64,000 nucleotides of DNA, taken from the NCBI GenBank assembly GCA_008632985.1, contig QPGO01000053.1:62001-126000 (forward strand), written 5' to 3'. This document shows positions 47,890 to 61,300 of this stretch, piece after piece (within the stretch, counting starts at the first letter, position 1; every line of letters begins with the position of its first letter). A program made the position numbers and the translations under genes. Source of the DNA: Psammoneis japonica (taxonomy: Eukaryota). Under the pieces are notes generated by a model. It ran no database searches. It was given only the letters and a program-made list of their open reading frames with translations, and had not been told where the DNA came from.

Positions 47890-50570
47890 TCTCCACATGG
47901 CTCAACGAGCATGAGTGTTGGCTCGAACTTGATGTTTATTAGGAGTGCTTCTTGATTCTCGCTCTGCAGTGCAGTGGACCTCTACTCTCTACAGCAGAGA
48001 TAGATTTCCTTTGCCTGCCACCCAGAAGACAAAGTGGCCACAGCATCAGCAAAATGACTGCTCTGGGCCCCTGCTGTCTCAAATCTTTGTGCCTGTGATG
48101 TCCAGAACCCACTGAAGTGGCTTGGCCCATCTTGCTGGAACCAGGCTCATCTTTCCCTGTGCCCTTGAAGCCATGGATGAGTGCTTGGGCAGCCACATTT
48201 ATCTCACATGAAGGCTGCCACAGCTGGCATTGCACCCAGATCTCCCTTTTTTGTCATGGATTGGTTGTTGTTTTGCATCTTTGGGGTGTGCCTTGATGTT
48301 TGCCATTGAGCCCATGGCATTTTCCAAAAATCCAAAGAAGTCAACCCTTTTGCACCTGAGCTAAGATCTGCTCACTTCTTTGGATGTCCAACACACTGTT
48401 GCTGCACATGTCTTGGGTTCTGTCAGGTTTGAGATCCCTCTCAAGTCATGCACCTCTTTTGTCTCTGTGCATGAACTCATCTCTGAGATGTTGTGTTCTC
48501 AAAGAGCAGCAGCTGCAAAAACCATCAGCACTGCACCAGCAATGAGGCCTTTTTGATGTTGAACAAACCCGCAGCTTGGGGTGTGGTGGGGTGAGAAGAC
48601 TCATCACCCCCTCTGGTGTGAGCGCCAGCAACAGTGCACTCACATGACAAGACCACAGCATCATCTTTTGTCAGCTTGGTTTTTCCTGATGCAATTTTTT
48701 GTGTTACTTGGTTGCACTGACTGACAACAAGAGATTGAAAAACATGCAACATTTTACAAAATTGTCAGGGGATCAGCCAGAATCACAAACAGGGTGACTT
48801 TTGGAGACATGCAGCAGTGTCAAACGGCTTTTGGTGGCAACATTCATGTGAGATCCAAGGGTGAGATCAAGCAGAAAATGTTTTCTGCAAGCCCGATGGC
48901 GACCCAAATGGCACATTTGAGATCAGGCATTTTTGGATGGATCACCACACCATCAATGAAAGAGCCAAACATGCTTTTTTGAGCAGCTCAGCTTGCTTTT
49001 GTTTTCCATGTGCATGGACAAACTCAAGCACAAACCACACTCAAGATTTTCTGCAAGCAGCAGTGCTTGTGGAACTCATTTTTGGCACGCAAGTGCAAAC
49101 TTGTGTGAGGCTCTTTGTGCACAACCTCTCATGTGAGACAGTGCCAAAATGATGGCACAGTTGTGTCAGTCAGCTTGCTCAAGTTTGCAATGAGGTCAAT
49201 GGCATTTTCTCACAATGATGCAACACAGTGGTGGCAGCAGCACTTTTCTGCAGCCATGCCACAGGTGTGTGTCTTTCTTGGTGTGGCAATGTGGGTGGGC
49301 ATTTTTTGTGGCTGACTCAGGAGAATGACCCGCTGTGATGCTTCAGGCAGCTGCTGCAGGAGTTTTGTTGATGTGTGCATGGCAAACAGCTGGCACCACA
49401 AAACAGCAGCAACATCAGCATTGAAAAGTTTGAAAGAGAGCAGCCACATTGGTGGCATCTCTGATGGCGCTGCTTTCAACAGCAGACAAGCTGAGTGTGG
49501 TGGTGTGATGGCAGCATTGGCGAAGCTGCTCAGTCTGACAACTTGTTTTGATGGCTTTGTTGCTGCAGATGCATGAGTGGCCTGCCCCAGCAATCATGTT
49601 GGTTGGAGCTTTTGCACTGCTGGCACCAGCCATGGTGGCCAGAGCCTTGTCTGTGCTGTTCATGCTTGTGGCAGTTGGAGCCACAGTGTTGCTGGTGCAC
49701 TGGCAGGGGTTGGAGCCTTTGCGCTGCAGGCGCTGATGGCATTTGGAGCATTTGCAGTTGGGCCCTTGACACCACTGGGGGGCTCACGGCAGTTGGAGCC
49801 TTTCTTGCAATTGCAAGCGCTCACGGCAGTTGAAGGAACCCTCTGCACTGCTGGCACTTGTGGCGGTTGGAGCCTTGGCACTGCTTGAACTTCTTCTTGT
49901 GGTTGTTGGGGGGCTCTGCCTTGCTGCTGGACCATGGAGCAGAAAAACATGACAAAAACCAAAAAGAGCGGCAGTGCACCAGCTGCAAATGACAAAGACA
50001 AGTTCACACCACCTTGCGCGAGAGAGCTGCGCGGGCTTGTCAAAAGAGTCTCCTGGCAAGAAGTCTGTGTGACAACCACAGTGCTGCTCTTGGCACTTGC
50101 TTTGAGCCAGCCAGCCAGCCAGCCAGCCAGCCAAATGACACAACAGTCTTCTTGTCACAAAATGACGAAGATGAAAATGTCGAGCAAGTCGGCAGTGTTG
50201 CAAGAAAAACAAGCCAGAATCTTGGGACATTGTCACATGTGGAAATGACACTGCAGTCAACATTGAATTGGAAGAAGCTTCAAACAGTGGCCTGCTGTTG
50301 AGCCATCATTTCTCATGTGGCTCTGTGCGCACTGTTGCTCTCCTTTGGTCACAGGCTCAGATGTTTGATGGAATCTCAGGCGAGATCATGATGCCGTGTG
50401 GCACCAGCACACACACACAGAATTGCACATGTGGAATGTGGAACCCCACATGGGTTTGTGCTGGCATGCCAGAAATGAAACTCGAAAAGCTTTCCATTTT
50501 TGAAATGCCGGCATCGTTTGGAGAAGAATCGTGTTGCCGCTTCCAGTCCTGCTGTCGCCGAGTTGCGGCA
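47890..50570. mobile_element. TpA-depleted block F; unclassified degenerate repeat DNA
   Basis: TA nearly absent; internal gcagttggagcc-type short repeats at ~49670-49875; (agcc)n at ~50105-50132. Confidence 0.5.
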
Positions 50571-50915
50571 GCGGTAGGGCCCTACAGTGCTGTAAGTTGT
50601 GTTGGTCGATCGCGCGTCGTCTTTCTTTCCATCCTCCCCGTTGGCGGCATTTCTTATAATCAAGTCTTCATCCTTGGATAAATCATCAATTTTTTTAAAT
50701 TTATTAAGGTATTCGTGAATTTTACATTCAACTGACAGTCAGTGTGCGTGTTGGCGAGGACGTACATGGAGCATAACGATAACCATAAACGATTTTTGTT
50801 TACATGTGTTTCGCGTTTCTAACGGCTGAAAAGCGTTTCACCACCACATCAAAAAATATTCACTCATAAACAGATAGATCACAACCTGTCACTTTTCGCC
50901 GCGTTGCTAACCACC

Positions 50916-52370
50916 ATGATTTGGGTGAAAACCATCTTATTTGTTCTTGCCGTTGGTGTGGTCGAGACAGCTGCCTCCATTAGGGCTATCCATGGTATTG
51001 GTGTGCAGGGAAATCGCCAGCTCAACACTTTTTGGGTTCCCGTCCCTGATTTCCGTTACACGCTTTGGCTTGATTTGACGGATGCTCAAGTCGACCACGC
51101 AGAAACGTTGACGTACAGCGAAGAAGATTGGAATTTTCCTGGATCCAATGGTATTGAGCAGCTGTCTTTCTCGACTATTGTCGCAGGCTCGACGGAGCAA
51201 GGAGCCGCTCTTGTCGGGCTTGGCTTTGACGAAGAACAGTACGATTGTTTCGTCAACCATTACGAAGGTAAGGAATGTCGTCAGTTGTAGCTATTCATTA
51301 TTTGTCTCGACTATCAAATTTATCATTTGTTTTTGCCCGCAAAAGACTATTTCTGGCTTGAGCTAGTAGAAGAAGGTGTGGACGGATACTTTGCTGCTTT
51401 GGGATGGAATGCAAACAGTTGGGATGGGGACGGCGATGAACCAGCCTCAAACGATGAGTATTGGGCCGATTTGACTGATGCGCAGCAGGCGGCTGCAACC
51501 AACCTTTGCTTTTTTCCGGAAATCTGGGATGGAGAAGCAAGCATGGATTTATGGGATGAGCTCCCGCGCCAGCCTTCAAATTCTTCGGTGCTACCCGTCG
51601 CGAAGCTCAACACTTTTTGGGTTCCCGTCCCTGATTTCCGTTACACGCTTTGGGTCGATTTGACGGATGTTCAAGTCGACCACGCAGAAACGTTGACGTA
51701 TAGCGAAGAAGATTGGAATTTTCCTGGATCAAACGGTATTGAGCAGCTGTCTTTCTCCACTATTGTCGCAGGCTCGACGGAGCAAGGAGCCGCTCTTGTC
51801 GGGCTTGGCTTTGACGAAGAACAGTACGATTGTTTCGTCAATCACTATGAAGGTAAGGAATGTTGTCAGTTGTAGCAATTCATTATTTGTCTCGGCAATC
51901 GAATTAATCATTTGTCTTTGCCCGCAAAAGATTATTCCTGGTCTGAGCTAGTAGAAGAAGGTGTGGACGGATACTTTGCTGCTTTGGGATGGAATGCAAA
52001 CAGTTGGGATGGGGACGGCGATGAACCAGCCTCAAACGATGAGTATTGGGCCGATTTGACTGATGCGCAGCAGGCGGCTGCAACCAACCTTTGCTTTTTT
52101 CCGGAAATCTGGGATGGAGAAGCAAGCATGGATTTATGGGATGAGCTCCCGCGCCAGCCTTCAAAGTCTTCGATGCCATCGGTCGCGCCGACACAATGGC
52201 CGTCCGATCAACCTTCAAAGTCTTCGGTGCCATCGGTCGCACCGTCAGAATGGCCGACCGCTCAACCTTCACAGTCTCCAGGTCCATCTCAATCTGCCTC
52301 ACCTTCAACTAGTACGGAACCCACTGCATTGGCTAGTGATTACCCCAGTGACTCGCCGTCAGCTGTCTAG
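50916..52370 (+). CDS. Secreted acidic protein with duplicated WxDLTxxQxxAAxxL...W(D/N) domain and Ser/Pro tail; exons 50916-51267, 51346-51852, 51931-52370
   Basis: Signal peptide MIWVKTILFVLAVGVVETAA. Two 78-nt GTAAGG...AAAG introns in identical positions. Function unknown. Confidence 0.85.
51019..52180 (+). repeat. Near-identical intragenic tandem duplication, 585-bp period, including the intron
   Basis: agctcaacactttttgggttcccgtccctg at 51019 and 51604; the copies stay collinear to ccagccttcaaa (51580 / 52165). Confidence 0.95.
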
Positions 52371-52809
52371 TAGCTAGCAGCAAACATAGACACATAGGAT
52401 ATGCCAAGAAAGCTTTAGAATTACAGGAGTGAACTGATACTCCAACCACTCTGCATCCTTTTGTACTCGTAGATGACAAGTCCTTCTCAATCGTCCTGAT
52501 GTGTTTACAACTTGATGCCTGTGGGAGCGCAAAACGAGCTCGGTCGGGCACCTCATCTGTGGCTTGTTTTGGTTTACTGACGCACAGCATGTTGTTGTGT
52601 CATAAGCACTGCTAAGGGGTTTTCTGACGTGCAATGCACCTGCAGCACTAACAAAACTCTAATGGCCTGGCCTTACCTTACCTGAAGAGGCTCGACCATC
52701 GCTTTTCGCTTCTTCATCTTTTGGCTTGTTTCTCGTGTGAGCTAAAAAAAAATGAGATAGACTCTATAGAGAGGCATTTCCAACGGTCTGATATTTAGTT
52801 CGTTGTGGT

Positions 52810-53520
52810 GGCGGCAGCACTTCTTGGCCATTGATGTCATCGCACCAGCAGCTCCCGCGCTTCCTCACCTGGTTCACCTGTCCCTGAAAACCCATTAAAT
52901 AAGGTTCACCTCAGCAGCATGCGGGACAAGCTTCTTGGTCGCTCTGCACAATCCGCCCCCAGCTCCAATGTCATTGACGCCATCAACCAAGCTGGCCTCT
53001 TCCTTCTCCCATTCACATTCAACCACCTGGGCAGCATTGGATGCCATTTTCACATTTTCTTCTCCAGCTCCTCCTCTTCACCATCTGCCTCCGTCCCACC
53101 CCTTCCTCCCAAGCCACCCTGGACACACCCATCTTCCTTCTCCAACTCTCAAGCATCCTTCTCTGCCTCAACTGTCTCACCACTTGCCCCTTCCGACCTC
53201 CTCACCCACTCCAACATGGCCTGGAAACTGCTCTCCCCAGACCGTTTTGGCTCATCCTGCCATGCTGCCACACCCCAACTCTGGGCCTCCCAAATCCTCA
53301 GCCTCAACTTTGGCTGTGCTCTCTCCAACCATCTCTCTTTGCACCAAGATCAGCTGCTTCACCACCCCACCGGTGCTCTTGCTGACAGCTCTTCACCTCA
53401 GCCGTCTGTCTGCACCTTGGGCCCACACCCTTTTTCTCTCCATCCCCTTGCACGCTTCAAGCACCTCTCCCACCACACATTTCACCACACCAACCTCTTC
53501 CAACACCACAGTCACTGATT
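52810..53520 (+). mobile_element. 3' fragment of a non-LTR retrotransposon with restriction-like endonuclease (CRE-like), mutated
   Basis: FLAIDV, MRDKLLGR, LFLLPFTFNHLGSIG and TPQLWASQILSLN resemble the RLE C-terminus of CRE-type elements. Confidence 0.5.
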
Positions 53521-55019
53521 GTTCTAAAACTGGCACACGTGCAACACAACGCACAACTCTGGTGACAAAAGTGGGCGAGCATCATTTTCTCTCTGTGGGA
53601 CAGCCTGAGACCATGTCCTGATGCTGTGAGACTAGAAAGATGAACTGAAAAAAAGGAGAATGATTGGGGTTTGGCACAACCCCCCCAACAAAAAAAGAAC
53701 TCAAACGCACTGGAAAGTCACTGTGGGTTGAGTTTTTGCCTTGTGCACACATTGCCACAATGGAGCTGGGGAGTGACTTTTGTCTCTGGCGCCACACAAA
53801 AGAGCATGTTCTCTCACACAGGGGCGGTGTTGAGGTGGAGAGCAAGCACAACACATGCAGCTGCTGTGTGTGCCAGTCTGATCAAAGAAGAAAAAGAAGA
53901 AGAAGAAGCACTGTGTGAGCTGAGCTGTGGAGGAACAACGTCAGTTTTTTTATCTGGCAGAGCAGTGGAGAGAGGCAGATGCGGGATGCTGCTTTTTTGT
54001 TTTTTGCCACTTCCACCAACAACCTGTCAAGTGGTCTGTCATCATTTAGCTGAGCATGTTCTCTCTGTGCTGGTTACAAGGCAAACACCAGACACACAGG
54101 GGTTGCACACAAAGGTCTTGCCCATGAGGTGTGTGTGTGAGGGCCAAGGTGTGCACAAAAAGAGCAACAGCTTGAGCCACCAATTTCTGCACTGCACCAC
54201 TTGCAGCAGGCATGGGAAGCAGGACACCAGCACATGCTGCTTTTTTTGTGGGTGCCACCAAGAGAAAGCACGCACATTGTTTGCACCCCCTCTCCAAAGA
54301 GTGGCACCCATTTGCACCTCAAAGCACCGGCCTCTCTCTCTTCTTCTGCACCCCCCACATCTGCAGTTGCACAAGTTCTCATTTCTTTGGGTGCACAAAA
54401 TGCCAATCCAATCAGTCTGTCTGCATTGCTGATGAGGGGGCAGTGTCTGCCGTGATGCACAATTTCTGTGGTGCCATGCTGCACTCTGCAGAGAGCACCA
54501 AAGACACACATTCACTGGGCAGATCAAGTGGCCTCAGCATCAATGAAAAGCCTTACATGCTTGTCTCTCTGTGGTGCACTCCCTGCAGAGTTGGCGCCCC
54601 TCCAGACTGCAGACAACAAGCACTGAAGGCAGCCTTGCAGAGTTTTTCCTGCTCCATCAGAGCACGCAATGTGGTGATCATCACACATCTTTTCATTGTG
54701 ATTTTCACTCCTTTCACAGACAAATTTTTTACAGTTTCAAACCTTGTCAGTTGTGCAGCTGGTGACAACATGTCGACTGTGACAGATTGACATTTTCATG
54801 CCACAGGATCAGAACCCCCCCTTCCCATGAGGAAAATTGTTTCACTGTGAAACAGGGGCACGTTTTCCCCATGAGAGTGCCCGCCCTCTGTCCCTGCAAA
54901 ACCTGCAAATTAAAATCATTTGCATTGTGCCATGAACATTCCATTTTGTTTTCACATTTAAACCAAATGATGCTGATGGAGACAACACCCCAGAGTCTGC
55001 AGCAGCAGCTGCAGCTCAC

Positions 55020-55500
55020 TTTCTTCAAGTGCCGCTGCTGGCAGCCACCTTGTTCATTGCCAAAAAAGTGCAGAACCAACATTGTGAGAGCACAATGTGG
55101 ATGAACTGACACCACCAACAGGAACGACAACATGGGCTCACCGGTGCATCTGGTGCAGCTGATTCTGGAACAGGCGTGTTTGCAGCAGGAGCTGCTGCTT
55201 TGTCATTTGAAGTGCCGCTGCTCCATTCCACCTCATTGTGAGAGCATCACATGGATGAACCAACATGACCCACAGGAGCGGCAACATGGACATGCCAGTG
55301 CATCCGACACCACTGATTCTGGAGCAGGCAAGTTTGCAGCAGAAGTGCTGTTGCTCCTCTGATCCACCTTGTTCATTGCCAAAAAGTGTGGAGCATGTTG
55401 TGAGAGCACAATGTGGATGAACTAACATGAACTGCAGCACACACTTGCCAGTGTGTCAGTGCATCTGGCGCCGCTGATTCCGGAGCAATGTGGATGCCGG
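55020..55500. repeat. Three diverged ~140-180-bp tandem units
   Basis: Recurring ccacct...ttgtgagagca...tggatgaac...gtgcatc...ctgattc.gga at ~55046, ~55228 and ~55363. Confidence 0.75.
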
Positions 55501-55599
55501 TGTGCGGTGCAAGACATCAAGCACCCAGCTCCACCCCTCTGCAACTGAAAACACAGAAAGAAAGCATGTGAGCAAGCAAAACACATCTTAAGTGCCACA

Positions 55600-55925
55600 G
55601 AACACACTTGCTGGGACAGCCATGGGAACAAGCACTGCCTGCATGTGCGCCACACTGTGCAAGGTGCTGCGTGAACAACAAAGTCATGCAGCAATGGCTG
55701 AGTTCGCCCCGCACCTCCTGTGCTGTGGACGGTTCGTCGATGACATGTTTGGAGCATGGACCACAAACAGCAGAGAGACTTGGGAAGCCTTTAAAAATGA
55801 GCCCAACAACTCAGGCAACCTCCAATGGGTTGCCTCCCCACTCTCTGCCTCTGCAGTCTTTCTAGATCTGGACACAGAAATTGGAGAAGACGGATGCAAC
55901 GCAAGCAAACATGTCAAAAACAAGT
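55600..55925 (+). mobile_element. Penelope-like reverse transcriptase fragment, Tyr-to-Cys mutated
   Basis: GTAMGTSTACMCATLC...LLCCGRFVDDMFGAW...GNLQW...SAVFLDL matches the PLE RT pattern GTAMG...Y.R(Y/F)IDD...FLDL. Confidence 0.8.
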
Positions 55926-58361
55926 GAAGCTCTTTTTGTGCACACTTTTTTGAAGAGTGTCACATGTGGCAAAGAACTTTTCATGCATGTGATTCTGAGA
56001 GCTGCAGGAACAAGCACTGCCTGCAGCATTTCTGGATCTGGATGTAGAAATTGGAGAAGACGGGTGTGTTGTTGTTGTCAGCATTGGGAGATTTCGGGGT
56101 CCAAGTGATTGAAGGAGTGGGATGCACAGAAATGTCCAAATGTCCCAATCTTTGCCTCAAGGGTGAAGACAAAGACTGGCCAAATCTTCAGTCACAAGCC
56201 TACAACCCAATGGAGAAACGCAAATGGGATCTGTTGCATTGGGACAAACGACATGTGTCATGGAGAAGGCATGCTTGTTTCATCATGGCGAATTGTCAAG
56301 TGCATGCATTTCACCTCAGATCTGTGTGTGAGACCACACTCATGTAGATGCAAAGTTCATGTTTTGGCAAAGTGTGGCCAGTGACTGCAACTGTGCTGGG
56401 GTGTCCTTTGAACAGACCATTCATCGCACCCATCGACACGATGTTGCTGTTCTTTGCATTTCTTTCCCAGCTGCTGGTTGGCGAATGTGTCAAAAACCAA
56501 TGAACCTCTTTGTGCACATGCCTTGTTTGAACAGTGTCATTCATGGCAACTTGTGATGATTTTGGATGCAAAACTCTGACATGCATGATCACACCAATGC
56601 TGCAGAAAAGCAAGTCTGTGATGTGCGTGCACACAACACACAACAACACGCCAGCAGCTCAGCACTCTGGATGCAGCAGATTCGTGACAGCACACTCGCG
56701 ATCACGAAATTCAAGCTGCACCCAAATAAAACCCCATCTTGACCAACCAGAAGGATGGCAGGTTTCACCACATGTTGAGCTGCTGTTGTCGTCCAATGGG
56801 GCAAAGTCTTTCACCACCATGGCTGGTTGTCAATTTGCAGATTTGCGACCACACGCAGGATCCGCGTGAATCACAACAGCACACACTCTCATTTTTCAAA
56901 CTTTGGGGAGAGGGTGCACTGTCATGAAGTGTGCAGAAAATTGCACATGTAAAACATGTGCTGAAAATGCTGTAGACCAATGGGCTGCACAAATCTGGGA
57001 AACATTGTGAAGAAAAATGAAGGTGGGTCACGTGCGTGCGTGAAGTTGCTGCAGACTGCACATGTGCAAAGACACATGCACGTGAGTGAGGAGGACCAAG
57101 TTAAAACCAAGTTAAAATTGATTGCTGTCAAAAGGAAACCAAACCATGCACCACAAAAAACAGATTTTGACCCCAATTAAATCAAACATTGTGCGTGCAT
57201 TTGATTGAAGCTTGTGCAAAAAAAGTCAATGAGAAATCAGATGAAATGCAAAAAACAGCTTCATTTTGTTGAGCACTTTTGCTGGCATTTTTAAATTCTG
57301 CTTGTTGACAATTTTGACGGCGCACATTAAAAATTTTACAAAGGAAAGTGGAAACCACTGCATTGTGGCCTCTGATGTCTTTCCCCATCTGTCGTCCATG
57401 TGTCCATGCCCGTGCTTTCTGGGCAGCCAAAAAACAGTGTTGATGTCATCTGCAGAATGAGTGCTTTCTAATGGCAGCATTTTTGTTGTCACACCTCAAG
57501 CCCATCCAAATCGGCATTGATGTTGTGCTGACAGTGCACCTGACGGCCTGTTCCAGCTCCAGGTGCTCCGCTTTTCATCACGCTAGATTTTCTACGCAGT
57601 TTTCAGTGCCAGACATTTTTGTCTCCACCCAGCAGAGCTCGCACTTTTTGGCTTTGTGCAAACATTGATTGTTTTGATGATGTGACATGTTTGTGATGTT
57701 GGTGCTCATGTGCAACAACTGAGGTGCATTGTGCGTGACAGGAAGAATCATGTCAGTTGGCATTAAATGTTTTTCTGGCAATGCGTGGAACAATGCTGAC
57801 TTCTACGAACACGTGCCGTCCACCCAACACACACCAGCCATGACGCAGCACACCGCTGTCACCACTCCACAACCCCCTCTTCACCCTTGCGGTTGTGTGG
57901 AACCGCCTGTTCCTTTCATTTCAAAGTTGCGTCATTGTTGTTGCAGTGCGATTGCGGCTCTAAAGAGTTGCTGTTGTTGTGGGTGACACCATCTCTTTGC
58001 ACTCTCTCGTTTCGAATTCGGCAAGTCGTTCTGTCGCATTTTTTTTTACGCTTCACCGTGCGCCTGCATTTTTCTGGTTGCTTCTCACGCATCGTTTTAT
58101 GGTTGTTTTGCACCAGGGCCTTTGGAACTTCTACAAAACTCAAGTGCTCGCCCGAGTGTTCTCTGAGTGACAGTTTCCACTGGAACAAACTTGTCTTGGT
58201 TTGTTTTCACTGTGACACTTGCTGTTTGTGCTTTTCAGCATCTGGAACTGCCTCAGAGGCTGCCTCTGTTCATCCGCATCACTTTCGCGGTAACTGATGT
58301 TGGCCCCCTCTCTGGAGTGCATTTGTCACACAAACAGGAGTGCAAAAGCAGTGCATTCGCC

Positions 58362-61300
58362 ATGGACACGTTGGCCAAAGTGGCCTCCCAACAGCGTCCC
58401 GTTGGTGGCAGTTCTCCTCAAGCTGACGATGACTCTTCCAGCACGTTGAAGGTTTCCTTTTGCGTCCAGCATTGCGCAGAGGCACTCGCGGAACATTGCC
58501 CACCGCAGGGCAAAGCCAAAACTTGGCACACTGTGCCTCTCCAAGATGCAGTTGATCCCCTTGAGTGCCCTCAAGGTCTTGTAGATTTGAGCATCTTGAC
58601 CACAGAAGATCGTGGAAAAAAGAAGACGAGCCCTCTCTTTCATGTTCATCACAAGAATGGTTTGGATGGTTTCAACAGTGCCAAAACATGGAACATGTTC
58701 CGCAACACTGTTGTCGATTGGTTTTGTGAAAAATTTAACTCCGAGAATCGACCGCAACCAAACCAATGCATCAAGGACAAGAACCAGCACCTCTTGATGT
58801 TGGTTGTGGTGCCATCAGGAATGTTGATGAGGGACGCCGTGAAGGACAAGCAAAACATTGCTGCTGTTTTGATGTGCCGTGTCAAGACAAACATTGGCCT
58901 GCTTGTTGATTACGTCCGTGTGACAGAGTCTCCGGTTGTGTCAGTTGGGGCGGGTGATGAGAGTCAATCGATCGCACCATCGAGTCGAGGTGCATGTCCT
59001 TTTTTGATTGGACTTGCCCAAGCCATTTGCTGTGGTGTTGTCAAGAAGATGGATGCATGTCTTCACATTGTCAGAAGACTTTGAAGTCTTGTCACATGGG
59101 AGTGATGGGTTTTGAGGACATCACGGACACCATGAGTGATCGTTCCGATCTGGCGGATGTCCGCAAGCACTGGGACTGGGATGATCTCATGATCATGATC
59201 AAGGCAACACTGTTGCCCTGTGTGCAAAGGAGAGGATTGCTCCAATGAGCTCTGCAATTGTTTTGGCATTGCCTCATTCCAGCGCCGAGTGTCAGAACAT
59301 TGCAACAGAAATCCACAAGGACGAATGCCATTGGGAGGAACCGCTTGTTGAAGGAGGATGCATTGCTGATCATTCATGCATTGCCAAGCGCCAATTCCAC
59401 TTGGCATCTTTGGTCAACATTCAAAACCTGGAATCATGCGATGATGAAAAGTCGACCCAAGATTTAAAGACGCATGCGTGGCTGCCTTTTGGCGAGGTCG
59501 TGTTTCAAAGTTGGTGGCGAATTAAGTCTCCAAAGGGGGTGAAGAACAATTTTGAAATGTTGGCTTTGAAGGGGTTGGACGTCAAGTTCAAATGTGAAAC
59601 AAGATCTCCCGTTCTGTCTGCAAAACGGCACTGGGGTTCAATCTGCAACCATCACTCTGTTCCAAACAAAATCGCTCAGAGGAAGCAGGTGGATGAAAAG
59701 CCATGTCGAAAACCACGCATCAGCTGCAAGAAGTTGAAGAAGCCCATTGTGGATCACAGCGACGATTGTGTTTTTCATGACGAGTGTCACAAAAGGGAGA
59801 AGCTTGAACAGTCAGATGATGACATGCAGGAAGATCCCTGCATTCCCGAACTTCCCACCAACGCACCATGCAAAGTGCTCATGAGTTGCACGAGTGGCTG
59901 CCGGAGGATTTTCTCATTTGGGCCATTTGAACCCGATGACAGACTGCCATCCGAGGCCTTGTTTGACATCATTGCAGGTTGGTGGTGCAACCATGCATTG
60001 CGGATTGCCTCTGGTGGTGAATGCAGAGGCAGCACTTGTCCACCAGACGAGTGGTGCAGGCCTTTCAAGCCGCAATGACACTCCAAGTTAGTGGAGGCCA
60101 TCACCGAAGACAAACAAATGATTGAAGTCCACTTCCCTGCTGGACCAAGCAGGAAGGATTGTTTCAGAGAGCCGCTTGCTCACCTTGCTGATTGATGCAA
60201 GGCAGCTCCTGGACTTGCATGGCACAAGTTTTGCAGAAGGATTCGTTGCCATCGTTGCATGCATCACGCCAGTGCCCGTGATGCAGTGTTGAAGGAAGAG
60301 GTGGAGGAGGAGGAAGAGGAAGAGGGGAAGGAGGGCACAGAAGAGACGGATGACCTGCAAAAGGCCGAGGCTGGCACTGCAAGGTTGCAACTGCGAGACA
60401 AAAACCAGGAGGAGGAAGATGGGGCCATGGATCAATTGGCTGAGGAAGAGGAGGAAGATGGGGCCATGGATCAATCGGCTGAGGAAGAGGAGGAAGATGG
60501 GGCCATGGATCAATCAGCTGAAGAAGAGGAGGAAGATGGGGCCATGGATCAATCAGCTGAGGAAGAGGAGGAAGATGGGGCAACGGATCAATCGACTGAG
60601 GAAGAGGAGGAAGAGGAGGAAGATGATGGTGTGCAAGACGAAATCCAGGAGGAGCAAGATCCAGAGGCAACAGAGGAGGAGGAAGATTCAGAGGCAACTG
60701 AGGATGAGGAGGAAGATGAAGTCAAGGATGATGTTTGGATGTTGAATCCAAACTTCAAGAGGGGGAAAGCCAAGTCTGCAAAAGAGAAGAGGGAGAAATC
60801 CAAGACTGCCAAAGAGAAGAGGGAGAAAGGCAAGTCTCCAAAAGAGAAGAGGGGAGAAAGCCAAGGCTGCAAAAGAGAAGAGGAAGAAAGCCCCGGCTGC
60901 AGAAGAGAAGCAGGAGACAGTGGGAGACGCTGGATGCAGACATGAGCATGAGACCTTGAAATTAACAACTGGAGTGCACAAGGATGAGGATCTCATTGGC
61001 CTTTGTAGCTCTGTCCCGAAACCAAGGGCAAAAGGAGACACTTCATGGTGTCGGTTGACCAAAGCACAGCGACACCAAGAAGAAAGGGATCGACTTGAGC
61101 ATGAGCACGAAGATGCTCAAGTGATGTTGCAGGTTAAAAAACTCATTTGGATTGATCCAAGTAAATGGAACAGCCGGCGTCAGCATCCTGGCGATTCCGA
61201 AGGAGACGTTCCTCACTTGTTTGGTTGCTTTGAAGGGAAAAACAAGGGCGTCATGTTGTGCAAACCATGGTTTGACGCACGATGCAATGAAATGAACGGC

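Noticed and set aside
60407..60625. 39-bp repeats as a CRISPR array
   Set aside because: The units are contiguous with no unique spacers, form an in-frame acidic peptide repeat, sit in a eukaryotic context, and have no cas genes nearby.
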